Positions 1-13,704 of a DNA stretch of 64,000 bases are shown here, one piece after another. Numbering within the stretch: the stretch's first letter is position 1; each line of letters begins with the position of its first letter. The notes beneath the pieces were generated by a model. That model had not been told where the DNA came from, searched no databases, and saw nothing but the letters and a program-made list of their open reading frames with translations. Made by a program: the position numbers and the translations under genes. Source of the stretch: the human T2T-CHM13v2.0 reference genome, Homo sapiens; assembly GCF_009914755.1 (NCBI RefSeq), contig NC_060930.1; one strand, 5' to 3'.

Positions 1-188
1 TGCTCTTCTGAAGTAATTGTGTATGTTGTCCCATAATCATCTTCCTTCTGGAAAGAAATTCCTACTCATTGATTTCCTTTGTGTAGTTCCCATACCATTT
101 GGAACAGATCACTCCTATTTTTCTGACTGATAGAGAATTCTCTAAGTCCCTGAATACCAGCAGTTCAGCATCTTATCTGTGTTTCCAG

Positions 189-350
189 TCTAAACTTCTG
201 GACCGCCCAGCAAGCAATGAGGTATAATATTTTGCTACATAGCTGGGGCGTCTGAATAATTAGACACACAGAGCAGGCGGAAGATGCACTATCTCAAAGA
301 GCTGCTTAGTGACAGTGCCTAGGAAGGTCCTTCCCAAATCCCTGAACGTG
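189..350 (+). other. Candidate spliced exon (162 nt, non-coding or UTR) of an unidentified transcript
   Basis: Acceptor ttatctgtgtttccag|T at 188/189 and consensus donor GTG|gtaagt at 350/351. Stop codons in all three frames. Confidence 0.3.
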
Positions 351-1099
351 GTAAGTAAGCATGGAAAATTGCTGCATGCCCTCAGGTGATCACATCCTGG
401 AACCCCTATTTGCTTCTACTTCCTGTGCACCACTGCAAACTGGTGCTGAGGGGATTGGTGTGGGTTTATCAGTAAATACAGAAGGGAAAAATCTGTCTGC
501 TGTTTTTTTTTCCTTGAGTTCACCAATTCTAATTTTTTAAGCCAAACACATTTTCTTAATGTTATAAGTTAAAAAATGAAAAGTTATGTAAAATGAAGCA
601 TAACTATGGACTGAAACTCTCAAATATTTTTGAATATGTGGAGGTCAATTCTTTTTTGTCATCCCTACCTCCCTATAGAGGAAGAGTGTCAAAAACCCAT
701 TTGACTTCACATGGTGGAGAAGAACAAGGCAGGAGAAACTGGTCTCTCCTTTGCAAAGAAGGACATACCTGTGCACAAAACTGGGACTTCAGATTTTTTT
801 TTGAGCTGAGCAAGGATGGAAAGTGTTTTACAGCTGGCATCCTACCTGTAAAAACACTTCATCTAGTCCTTACGGTGAGGTGCAGGGAAAGTTGGTATGG
901 AAGAAATACTAACGGACCCAAGCATAATGGTTTTCCCCTCAAAGCTTAGGCAAATTTATTAATAAGGAACACACATAAATCAGGTGTACTAATCAGAGAA
1001 GGTTTTTCATTGTCGTGCATTAGTTATATCTTCCAAGAAATGAGGGGAAATTCTGCTCTAACTTCTAGCTGTCCACAGTTTTACTCTGTTACTTCTTTC

Positions 1100-1870
1100 C
1101 CTTCCCCAGGGTCAGGTGCAATGATCAAAACCATCTCACAGGTTGAACAATGGGCCAAATAAAACAAAATACAATGTAAAAAGGATAAATGTAAGGATAT
1201 GAACTTGGGTCTAAAAACACTGTTAAGGCTAGGATGGGAGAAACATGGTTTAACAGGAACATATGAAAAATTCGGGACAGTAAATTCAGCATTAACCAAC
1301 AGTATGATGTCAAAATAGTCCACGGCAATTTAGAATGCATTAACAGAAATACGTTTTCTAAAACAAGATGTAATAGATATTCTCTGGGCTGGTTAAACAG
1401 TTATGTTCAATTCGGCTCACTACAATTTAAGAAATAAATTGAAATATGTTCAGAAGACTAAAAGGAGGAGAGTTAACAAAAACTCATGAGCGTCTCATAA
1501 GAACACTACTTTTAGAACAAAGGTGTTTCCTCTAAAGAAGAGAAAGATAATCAGAATCATAATTTTCTAATCACTGAGATCAGTGACGCCATGCACAGGA
1601 TAAGAGGATATGCATTCACTTGTAAGATCCCAAAGGTTAGAACATGGATTAACGAATAGAAGCAATAGAAAGACTCTTTATTCCATATATGGAAAGTCTG
1701 ACTGATACTCAGATAAGATCTTAATTCACCTGTAAGAAGAGCCTCAAGCCAAGCATTCTTGAGTATTTAAGTTACTGGTGAACAAGTCCTTGAAAGAGGT
1801 TGATTTAAAGGGGCCTCAAGTTTACATAGATGATTAGACAGAAAATCTCTCTTGGTTCTGAGGTTACTAT
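1100..1870 (+). mobile_element. L3/CR1 LINE relic (3' ORF2 region)
   Basis: Degenerate CR1/L3 motifs such as aatgggccaaa...ggataaatgtaagg...cttgggt, aggatgggaga and gcattaacagaaa. Boundaries approximate. Confidence 0.6.
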
Positions 1871-2066
1871 TCCTGAAATGGGCTGCCTAACCTAACTGCT
1901 CTCTTCAAAATACAGCTGGGAGTGAGATGATGAATCCCTATTTCTACCAATTTGTACATTCCTATAGATTATATTGTCAATCTTTGTGCACTGACTAATA
2001 TTATTCTTCATCCTTTTGTTTAGATATTGTTTTCCAATAGGATTGAAAAACTCTTAAGAGGAAGGG

Positions 2067-2067
<1 letters not shown>

Positions 2068-2100
<33 letters not shown>
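2068..2100. repeat. (TG)n microsatellite
   Basis: About 16 perfect TG units. Confidence 0.98.
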
Positions 2101-2104
<4 letters not shown>

Positions 2105-2750
2105 CTGGAATCCTAGTGTTCTCTATTGTAGATGCAAAATAAATATTAATTATTGAGGATGATGAATATGATAGATTTCTCTGATTATTAAAAATATCTA
2201 TTTTCCCAAGGCAGAGATTTGGAAGTTTCACATACAATTCTTACAGCCCTAAAGCACAGTGTCAAGTCTGAATGGTGCTCCTCATTCTTTCCCAAAGTAT
2301 CCCTCACAGAGGAAGGGAAAAATTAAGTCTGAATGACCTGCTGCAATGTAAACTCTTATATTTTATTTTAAAATCCACATAACATCTGGGTATTTTGATA
2401 TATATTATATATAAATATAAAAATAAAAGCTTCATATTCTTAACTTGGGAAGAAAAAGAATGCTCCTCCATCTTTCTTAATGGTCAAGATGCCGTTGCAG
2501 TAAGATCAATTTTGGAAAATTAGGCTGAATTGGAAAAGAAATGAGTCTACACATCAGAATTAGCTCTCATCTCACTCTTGAAGTCACCAAATTTTTAGGA
2601 CTTAAACTTACAAATATAAACAGGGCAGTCTCTCGTATCACCACTCCCAAGATGTATTACAATATGGTGAGTAAACAAGCTCTAGAGTCAGGCTGCCTCT
2701 GTACAAATCTTGCCTCTGTTATCAACTGGATGACCTTTGGTTAGTTACTC

Positions 2751-3236
2751 CAGCGGTCCCCAACTTTTCTGGCACCAGGGACCAGTTTCATGGAAGACAA
2801 TTTTTCCACGGATGGGTGTGGGGGATGGTTTTGGGATGATTCAAGCACATTACATTTATTGTGCTCTTTATTTCTATTATTATTACATTGTAATATATAA
2901 TGAAATAATTATGCAACTCACCATAATGTAGAGTCAGTGGGAGCTTTCAGCTTGTTTCCCTGCAACTAGACACTCCTATCTGGGGGTGTTGGGACACGAC
3001 AACAGATCATCAGGCATTACATTCTCATAAAGAGTGTGCAACCTAGATCCCTCACATGTGCAGTTCACAACAGGATTCATGCTCCTATGGGAATTTAAAG
3101 CCACTGCTGATTTGACGGGAGGCAGAGCTCAGGTAGTAAAGCTCGCTGGCCTGCTGCTCACTTCCTACTATGTATCCCAGTTCCTAACAGGCCACAGACC
3201 AATACCTGTCCATGGACCAGGGGTTGGGGACCCCTG
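2751..3236 (+). mobile_element. MER1A (hAT-Charlie MITE), inserted into a MIR
   Basis: TIRs cagcggtccccaac...gttggggacccctg. Internal MER1A sequence (caagcacattacatttattgtg...). MIR-like sequence on both sides (~2665-2750, ~3237-3400). Confidence 0.88.
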
Positions 3237-4669
3237 ACTTTACCCATTCTTATCCTTGTTTCCTCATTGGCAGATAATAATTGATAATAATAGAACACAT
3301 AAGTACATCCATTCTGCTATAAGGGCTGAATGAATTTGACACATAAATACTTGGAACAAATCTTTGCAATTACAGTAAGTGCGCAGTATGTGGTAGCTCT
3401 TTCAAGGTAACACTGAGGAGAGTTGTTCATAATGTTGCCAAAAAGTTAGTGTGGTTCAATGTTTTAGTGCTACAGATGTTGAAGGTTTTCATCATTATCT
3501 TCCTGCTGAGAGATCATTTCACTTATATGGTGGGAGGTAAAGTTTTTGTATCCATTGGCTGGGATCTTCCTATCTCAGGGTTCTACACAAAGGCTTAGTC
3601 AGTGAGGAAGAAAGACTAATGGTTTGGTTTATTATTTCACCATTGACACTGTACTTTTTATCACATGTAAATGATCTGAGTCTAAAGTGACTCATAGTAC
3701 CCACAATCAACTCGTTATCCAACAATCAAACTTCATTATAACCATTGCTGTCTTGTCATGGTTGTTGAAAGCATCCGGTTTTACCATGTAGTTGTTGATT
3801 CAGTGTGGGGCCCCACAAAGTTATCTGCTAAATAAGCCAAATTTGTGAAGCCCACTTCAGCACTGGGGTGGACAAGGAAGCAATTCACCAAGTACAGATA
3901 GTTATTCTTAGTTGTGACGAATTTTTCCTGTGAGGAAAAGCAACTCACTTCTCAATTTAAAATTTCTGATAACTACCCTGCTTCAGCTAAGCCAGCATAT
4001 ATCTATGCAACTGAGCAAGCTTTCAATGTCACTTCTTAGTTCATGACCCATTTACCTAAAAAGAGTTGTCCTGGAGTAATACTACTACTCCTGGAAGGGT
4101 ATACTCGTTAGCGCATTTTTTTTTTTCAAAATCGCCATTTTTATGATTATATTAAAATGATCAGAAATTCAAGAAATAAATTCTTTGTGCATTCAGAGTG
4201 AATAATTACTAAGAATATGGTTCTGGTCCTTACTCTGGGTGGTCACAGTCTGGCTCCATCAGTGAATATACCCATGTAATTTCTTTTCCTACTTGATATA
4301 CAGTCTTCGCTGAAATGTCACTTGATGGTGAGTCAGCAATTCTCTCTTCATGTTCATAACATTTATATATACTTAGTTACAGATAAATATATAAAAAGAC
4401 TATAAAATAGTTGCTCCGGTGCTTTCCCCTATTAAAGTACTGAATCAGATTAGCACCAGCTGCCTCCTTGTTTTGGCTCATGTATATCTATTGGTCGCAT
4501 TTAAAAGCATTATTTGACAGAGCTGTTTGACAGAGGCACCTTATGTAGCTCAGCTGCTAGTTTTCATCCCCAGAAGGTTAAGCCATTTCTATGCTAAAGG
4601 TCATCACATTTTTCACTCTTATTATTCTGCACTTCTATCAACTTTCTATTTGCTTCTTTTGACTATGCC

Positions 4670-4830
4670 CTTTAGGGGGTACTGGCTCTGGAGTAAGAGA
4701 GATCTGGAATTGAATCACAAAGTTCTGCCTTGTACTGGCTGTGTGGCACTGAATTAGTCACTTAACCTCTGCCTTTGTTTGCAAAATAGGAAAATATTTA
4801 CTTCACTCAGTAATTGTAAGGAATAAAAGA
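4670..4830 (+). mobile_element. MIR SINE fragment
   Basis: ggctctggagt...ggctgtgtgg...agtcacttaacctct...aaaatagg MIR core-like sequence. Confidence 0.6.
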
Positions 4831-5089
4831 AACCCTATTTATTGCTAGTTTTTACTAACAACTGTAACAAGGAGCCAAGTGAAAAGCACTTGATAATTTG
4901 TAATCCCAACTGTAACAATTGTTCCTAATGTTATTATTACTCCTGGACCAACTTCTGTTTCCATATTTACAATAAAAAGCTGATGATATTTCTTCAGAAT
5001 TTCATAATGGGTTTTTAAATATCAATGCAAGGGTGATAGATGTATTTGGTAATTACCAAATAACAATTTTAACTTAAGTCAAAATTTGG

Positions 5090-5275
5090 GTCTTTGCTAT
5101 TCAAAATGTAGTTCCTGGACCAGCAGGTGGCATTCCACCATCTGGGAGGTTGTTAGAAATGAGGATCTCAAGCCCCACTTGAGGCTTCCTGTGTCTCAAT
5201 CTGCATGTTAACAGTATCAACCAATACAGAGTTACAGGTCAGGTCTCAGGTCACTGAGACCTAGGAAGCACTGGC
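5090..5275. mobile_element. MER5A-like hAT MITE
   Basis: ttcaaaatgtagttcctggaccagcag...ctgggaggttgttagaaatg...aatctgcatgttaaca...aagcactg. Confidence 0.7.
5117..5135 (+). promoter_or_regulatory. Candidate CTCF core motif
   Basis: GGACCAGCAGGTGGCATTC matches CCASYAGRKGGCR. Motif match only. Confidence 0.35.
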
Positions 5276-8200
5276 TCAGGCCACACTGAGTTGTGACCCT
5301 GAAGGTCTCACCTACTAGGCATTGTGATTGGTGTGCAGGGGAAGTCTTGTTTCCCAGAGTCAGAAGGACACGGAGTGTCCTAGTGAAGCCCCAAGTGAGA
5401 GAAAAGATTAAGGGCTTGTTGAACTTCTATTCTGTGTTTCACCCTCTCTTTCTGCTCTTTGGGCAGAAATAGGCCCTCTCAGTGTTCACACATAGTACTG
5501 TGCACCTGCCACTTTGAGTTGTATTTATGTACAAGCTGGCTTCTCTCACTGGACTCGGACATCCTAAACAGTCTCACCCTTTTTGGTCTCACCAGCACCT
5601 GGCAGAGGCACTTCCCCCAGAAAATCTTTGCAGACCCTCCTGGCCTTTGGGAAGGTGCCCAGCACTGCTCCATCTTCTTTGGCCTGTAATTCCCTGCTGA
5701 CTTCGAGTTTTGCCATTTGTAGGTTTTTCCTACAAGGCTCTGAGCTCTTTGAGGGCAGAGGCTGGGTCATTCATCTTAGTACTCTTGGTACACAAGAAAA
5801 AATAATAATAAGTTTCAATTAAGTTCCAACGAAGCACTGATATTTTGTGAGCTGGAGCCATTGTTCTATTTTGCTCAGAGAGGAAAAAAATAATCTAATC
5901 AGGAGAAATGTCTCTACTAAGGTTTATCGCACTTTTTTTTTTTTCTTAAAATGTCGGTGCCTACTAATGTTTGTGTATTTTGGAATTCCAAATACACAAT
6001 AAATCTATCACAATAAATCTATCTTGCAGTGATATTTAAAAACCCATTATGAAATTCTGAACCCAGTATTTCATCTAGAACAACCATTTAAAAATTATTT
6101 TGATGCTAGTATTTTGAGAATGCCATGTGATAAGAAGCATCATGAATAACCTTGAGAACCAGTGAGTTCAGTAAATGTATGTTAAATGAGTGAAAAAAGG
6201 AGAATGAGAAGGCATCTTTCTAGTGTAGGTGAGCACTTAGGTTCTCTAACAGAGGCCAGATATGTACAGTTAAAATGAAGTGGAAAGTCATTCAATTGCT
6301 TAGAAACTTTAGAAAGACTGGAAGACAAATATGGACAAAGTAATGCTTTTAAAAATCCAATTTTTACCTGACTTATTCAGGCTTTGTTTTATTTTAGAAC
6401 AGCAGCATTAGCTTGGGGTGAACATCTTAATGGGGACAAAAATGCATTACAGTTAGAGCAGCTTTTGTCAGAAATACTGCATGGTGACAACAAGAACCTT
6501 TAGAATGGCCCTATTACATTCACTGTGCCATTCTAAAATAAAAACTCTCTGTTTAATATAGAGTCATAATGTGTTTACTTAGGAAAATACTGACAGCACT
6601 TTCATCTATGTGACATGTTCATTTTGAGATTCATAAAACTGTTTTTCAGAGAGCAGACATGCTCAATATTTCAATACACGTAAAGAAGATAAGGTTAAAA
6701 TAAGGAAAGAAGAAAAACCACTTAAAATGTGAAAAAATATGCAAAACAAAAACAATAACATTTGAAAAAGGGTATTCCAGAGACTGTTTCCCCTAATAGT
6801 TATTATTCATATAATGATTTAAGATACTTATACAAACAGGGATAACAGCTGTGGAAATTCAATACAAGACAATGTTTAAATATCTTAAATGGGAATGAAG
6901 AGATTAATACTATGTGGAAATATCCCCCAGAAGGAGTTAAAACACATGAAATGTATCCCATTTATGTTTGTGTTTAATGTAACATACCTATATGTTATTT
7001 TTTTTACAACTAAAACAATGTAGGTTACCTGTGATTCTCTCTTTTGTACTTCATAATACCTGTATATTGAAGAACAGCTTTACTTGGCCATCTCTCCAGA
7101 TATTAAGCATATGAGAGCAAACATTATGCTTTCCAAAGCTACATTCTGTATATTCTGTCTTAAACCTAGCTGATATCTATACGAAAGATAGAATCAAATA
7201 ATCAGTTAACCTTTTCAAAAAATCTGTGTTCTACTCAAGGTAAAAATTTGTTGGAGAGTGAATAAAGATGGCATTGAGAAGGTGGAGCAAGATGGCAGAT
7301 CCCCGTGCCTCCCGCCCACCCCACCCTTCACAAGGACACCAATTAACAACTATCTACACAAGAAGAGCACGTCATAAGAACTAAAAATCAGGTGCATACT
7401 CACAATACCTGGTTTTAATATCATGTCACTGAAAGAGGTACTGAAGAGGTAGAGAGAAACAGACTTGAACCACCATGTAAACTGCCACCTCTCCTCCCTA
7501 CCCCCAGCAGTGGCCAGGTGTGAAGAGCATCTCTAGGCTCTAAGGGAGGGACAACACAACAATTGTAAGGCTTTGAACTCAGTGGTGTACTGTTAGAGAA
7601 GAAGGGAAAACTGGACCAAATTCAGCTGATGCCCTCCCACAGAGGGTGTGTTTATATTAGCCCTAGCTGGAGAGGAATCACTACTCCCAGAGGCTGGAAC
7701 TTGAGTTCCCTCAAACCTTGCCACTGTGGGCTAAAGTACCCTAGGGCCCTAATGAACTTGAAAGGCAGTCTAAGCTACAAGGACTACAACTTTTACAGGA
7801 GTCCTAGTGCTGAATTGGGTGCAGAGATAGTAGACTCGGGGGCACGTGACCTATCAAGACACCAGCCAGGGTGGCTACCAGCTACTGGAATGCTGTTATT
7901 CCCCTCTTCTAACCACAGGCTGCACAGCTTGTGGTTCCAAAATAGATACCTTCTTTCCACTTGAGGAGAGGAGAGGGAAGAGTGGGGAAGACTTTGTCTT
8001 GCATCTTGGATACCAGCTCAGCCAAACAGGATATGGCACTAATCGGAGTCATGAGGTGCTCTTTTAAGGCCCTAGCTTCTGTATGACATTGCTAGACACA
8101 CCCTGGGCCAGAAGGGAACATGCTGCCTTGAAGGGAAGCACCCAGTCCTGGCAGGATTCATCACCTGCTAACTAAAGAGCCCAGGACCATCAAGGCAGTA

Positions 8201-8367
8201 CCTGTACAAGTCTGCAAGAACCACAGCATTACTGGGCTCGGGGTGCCCCCTAAAGCAGACACAGCTAACATCACAACACCCAAGTCCTATCTGCAAAGTT
8301 ATCCTGAGAAGGATGGGTACAAAGGAGCCCAGGCAGTGACGACTACAATAAATACTTAACTCTTTAA

Positions 8368-9354
8368 TGCCCAGACACAGACAAACATCTACAACTATCA
8401 AGACACTGTTGATAGTTGTAGGAAAAAAAGGACCTCACCAAATGAACTAAATAAGCCACCAAGGATTAATCTTGAAGAAACAGAGATATATGACCTTTCG
8501 GACAGAGAATTCAAAATATCTGTTTTGAGGAAACCCAAAGAAATTCAAGAGAACACAGAGAAGGAATTCAGAATTCTATCAGATAAATTTAACAAAGATA
8601 ATGAAATAATTAAAAAGAATCAAGCAGACATTCTGGAGCTGAAAAATGCAATTGGCATAATGAAGAATGCATCTGAGTCTCAAAAGCAGAATTGATCAAG
8701 CTGAAGAAAGAATTAGTGAACTTGAAGACAGGCTGTTTGGAAATATACAGTCAGAGGAGAAAAAAGAAAAAAGAATAAAAAACAATGAAGCATGCCTACA
8801 GGATCTAGAAAATAGACTCAACAGGGCAAATCTAAGAGTTGTTGGCCTTAGAGAGAAGGTAGAGAAAGAGAAGGGTAGAAAGTTTATTCAAAGGGATAAC
8901 AGAGAACTTCCCAAACCTAGAGAAAGATATCAATATCCAATTACAAGAAGGTTATAGAAGGTTACAGAATACCAAGTAGATTTAACCCAAAGAAGATTAT
9001 CGCAAGGGATTTAATAAATAAATTCCCAAAGGTCAAGGATGAAGAAAGGATCCTAAAAGCAGCAAGAGAAAAGAAACAACATACAATGGACTTCCAATAT
9101 ATCTGGTAGCAGACTTTTCAGTGGAAATGTTACAGGCCAGGAGAGAGTGGCATAACATATGTAAAGTGCTGAAGGAAAAAAAAAACTTTTACCCTAGAAT
9201 AATAAATATGACAAAAATATCCTTCAAACATGAAGGAGAAATAAAGACTTTCCCAAACAAACAAAAGCTGAAGGATTTCATCAACACTAGACCTATCTTA
9301 CAAGAAATGCTAACAGAGTACTTCAATCAGAAAGAAAAGGAAGTTAATAAGTAA
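8368..9354 (+). pseudogene. Disrupted L1 ORF1p coding region
   Basis: ORF fragments 8667-8957 and 9121-9354 resemble the L1 ORF1p coiled coil, RRM and CTD. Frameshifted. Confidence 0.8.
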
Positions 9355-9567
9355 TAAGTAATCACCTGAAGGTACAAAACTCACTGAAAGTACACAGAAA
9401 AACACAGAGTACTATAACATTGTAACTGTGGTATGTAAACTACTCTTATTCTAAGCAGAAAGACTAAACTATGAACCAGTCAAAAATAATAACTTCAACA
9501 ACTTTTCAAGACATAGACAGTACAATAAGATATAAATAGAAACAAAAAGTTAAAAAGTGGGGGGATG

Positions 9568-9874
<307 letters not shown>

Positions 9875-11978
9875 TTAAGGCCTAGAGTGTTCATTAATTT
9901 TCATTTTGCTTCTTTATTTGTTTATGCAAACAGTGTTAAGTTGTTATCAGTTTAAAATTAAGGATAATAATATAGTATTTGCAAGCCTCATGGTAACCTC
10001 AAACCAAAATACATACAATGAATGCACAAAAAATACAAAAAACAAGAAACTAAATCATGTCACCAGAGAAAATCACCTTCACTAAAAGAAGACAAGAAGG
10101 AAAGAAAGAAGAAAGAGAAGACCACAGTACAACCAGAAAACAACAAAATGGCAAGAGTAAATCCTTACTTATCAATAATAACATCGAATGTAAAGGGACT
10201 AAACTCTCCAATCAAAACATACAGAGTGCCTGAATGGATAAAAACATAAGACCCCTTGATCTGTTGCCTATAAGAAACAGACTTCTATAAAGACACACAT
10301 AGACTTAAAATAAAGGGATGGAATAAGGTATTCCATGCCAACAGAAATCAAAAAAGAGCAGGAGTAGCTACACTTATATCAGTCAAAATGAATCTCAATA
10401 CAAAAACTGTAAGAAGAGACAAGGTCACTATATAATGATAAAGAGGGTAATTCAACAAGAGGATATAACAATTTTAAATATATGTGCATCCAACCAGAAA
10501 TAAATAAAACAACCAGATATATACAGCAAATATGATTAGATCTAAAGAAACAGGCCCCAGTACAGTAATGGCTAGAGACTTCAACACTCCACTTTCAGCA
10601 TTGGATAAGTCTTCCAGACAGAAAGTCAATAATCATCAGACTTAATCTGCACTATAGACCAAACAGACTTAACAGATATTTACAGAACATTTCACACATA
10701 CTCTTTTCCTCAGCACATGGATCATTCTCAAGGATAGATCACATGTTAGGTCATAAAACAAGTCTTAAAACATTAAAAAACTGAAATAATATCAACCATC
10801 TTTTCTGATCTCAATGAAATAAAACTAGAAATCAATAACAAGAGGAATTTTGGAAACTATGAAAATATATGGAAATCAAACAACATGCTCCTGAATGACC
10901 AGTGGGTCAATGAAGAAATTAAGAAGGAAATTGAGAAATTTCTCAAAACAAGTGGTTATAATAACACAAAACACCAAAACCTATAGGATACAGTAAAAGC
11001 AGTACTAAGAGTGAAGTTTATAGATATAAGTGCCTACATCAACAAAGAAGAAAAACTTCAAATGAATAACCTAATGATGCATCTTCAAGAACTAGAAAAG
11101 CAAGATAATACCAAACCTCAAATTAGTAGAAGAAAAGAAATAATAAAGATCAGAGAGAAATAAATGAATTTGAAATGAGGAAAACAATAAAAAAAGATCA
11201 CTGAAACAAAAATTTGGTTTCTTGAAAAGTTAAACAAAATAGGAAAACCTTTAGCTAGACTAAGAAAAAAAGAGAGAAGATCCAAATAAACAAAGTCAAA
11301 AATGAAAAAGGAGACATTACAGCTGATGCCGCAAACATTCAAAGGATCATTAGAGGCTACTATGAGTAACCATGTACTGATAAATTGGAAAATCTAGAAG
11401 AAACGGACAAATTCTTAGACACATACAACCTACCACGATTGAACCAGAAAGAAATCCAAAATCAGAACAGATGTGGAGAAAAGGGGGAACCATTGTACAC
11501 TGTTGGTGGGAACGTAAGATTATAAGAATGTAAGTTGGTGGGAACAATAACAAGTAACAAGATCAAAGTCATAATAAAAAGTCTCCCTGTAAAAAAAAGC
11601 CTGGGACCTGATGGCTTCACTACTGAATTCCATCAAACATTTAAAGAAGAACCAATAACAATCCTACTCAAACTATTCTGAAAAATAGAGGAGGAGGGAA
11701 TACTTCCATTCCATGAGGCCAGTATTATCTTGATACCAAAACCAGACAAAGACACATCAAAAAAAGAAAACTACAGGTCAATATATCTGATGACTATTGA
11801 TGCAAAAGTCCTCAACAAAATACTAGCAAACCAAATTCAACAATACATTAAAAAGATCATTCATCATGACCCAGTAGGATTTATCCCTAGAATGCAAAAA
11901 TTAATTCAATATATGCAAATCGATCAATGTGATATATCACATCAACAGAATGAAGGACAAAAAACATATGAACATGTC

Positions 11979-12342
<364 letters not shown>

Positions 12343-13400
12343 TTAATGATTAAAAACCCTCAAAAAACCGGGTATAGAAGAAACATACTTCAACATAATA
12401 AAAGCCATATATGACAGAAACACAGCTAGTATACTGAATGGGAAAAAAATGGAAAGCCTTTCCTCTAAAATCTGGAACATGACAAGGATGCACATTTTAA
12501 CCACCGTAATTAAACATAGTACTGGAAGTCCTGAGTAGAGCAATCAGATTAGAGAAAGAAATAAAGGGCATTCGAATTGGAAAGGAAGAAGTCAAATTTT
12601 CCTTGTTTGCAGATGATATGATCTTATATTTGGAAAAACCTAAAGATTCCACTTAAAAAAAAATTAGAACTGATAAATTCAGTAAAGTTGCAGTGTATAA
12701 AATCAACATAGAAAAATCAGTAGCATTTCTACATGCCAACAGCAAACAATCTGAAAAAGAAACCAAAAAAAGTAATCCCATTACAACAACCACAAATAAA
12801 ATTAAATACCTAGGAATTAAGTTAACCAAAGCAGTGAAAGATCTTTATAAGGAAAATCATAAAACACTGATGAAATAAATTGAAGAGGACACCAAAAAAT
12901 GGAAAGATATTTCTTGTCCATGGATTGGAAGAATCAATATTGTTAAAATGTCCATACTACCCCAAACAATCTAAAGATTCTATGCAATCTCTATCAAAGT
13001 ACCAAACACATTTCTCAGAGAAATAGTAAAAGCTATCTTAAAATTTATATGGAACCACAAAAGACCCAGAATTGCCACAGCTACCCTGAGCAAAAAGAAA
13101 AACTGGAGGAATCACATTACCTGATTTCAAATTATTCTACAGAGCTATAGTAACCAAAACAGCATGGTACTGGCATAAAAACAGACACACAGATCAATAG
13201 AACAGAATAGAGAATCCAGAAATAAATCAACACACCTACAATGAACTCATTTTTGACAAAGGTACCAAGAACATACACAGAGGAAAAGACAGTCTCTTCA
13301 ATAAATGGTGCTGGAAAAACTGGATATCCAAACGCAGAAGAATGAAACTAGATCCCTATCTTTCACCATATACAAAAAATCAAATCAAAATGAATTAAAG

Positions 13401-13704
<304 letters not shown>

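Noticed and set aside
593-949. 118-aa ORF
   Set aside because: No recognisable domain or splice context. The length is compatible with chance.
6387-6543. 13-bp inverted repeat (ttttattttagaa ... ttctaaaataaaa) as a MITE
   Set aside because: Very AT-rich, with no TSD and no known TIR. Likely chance.
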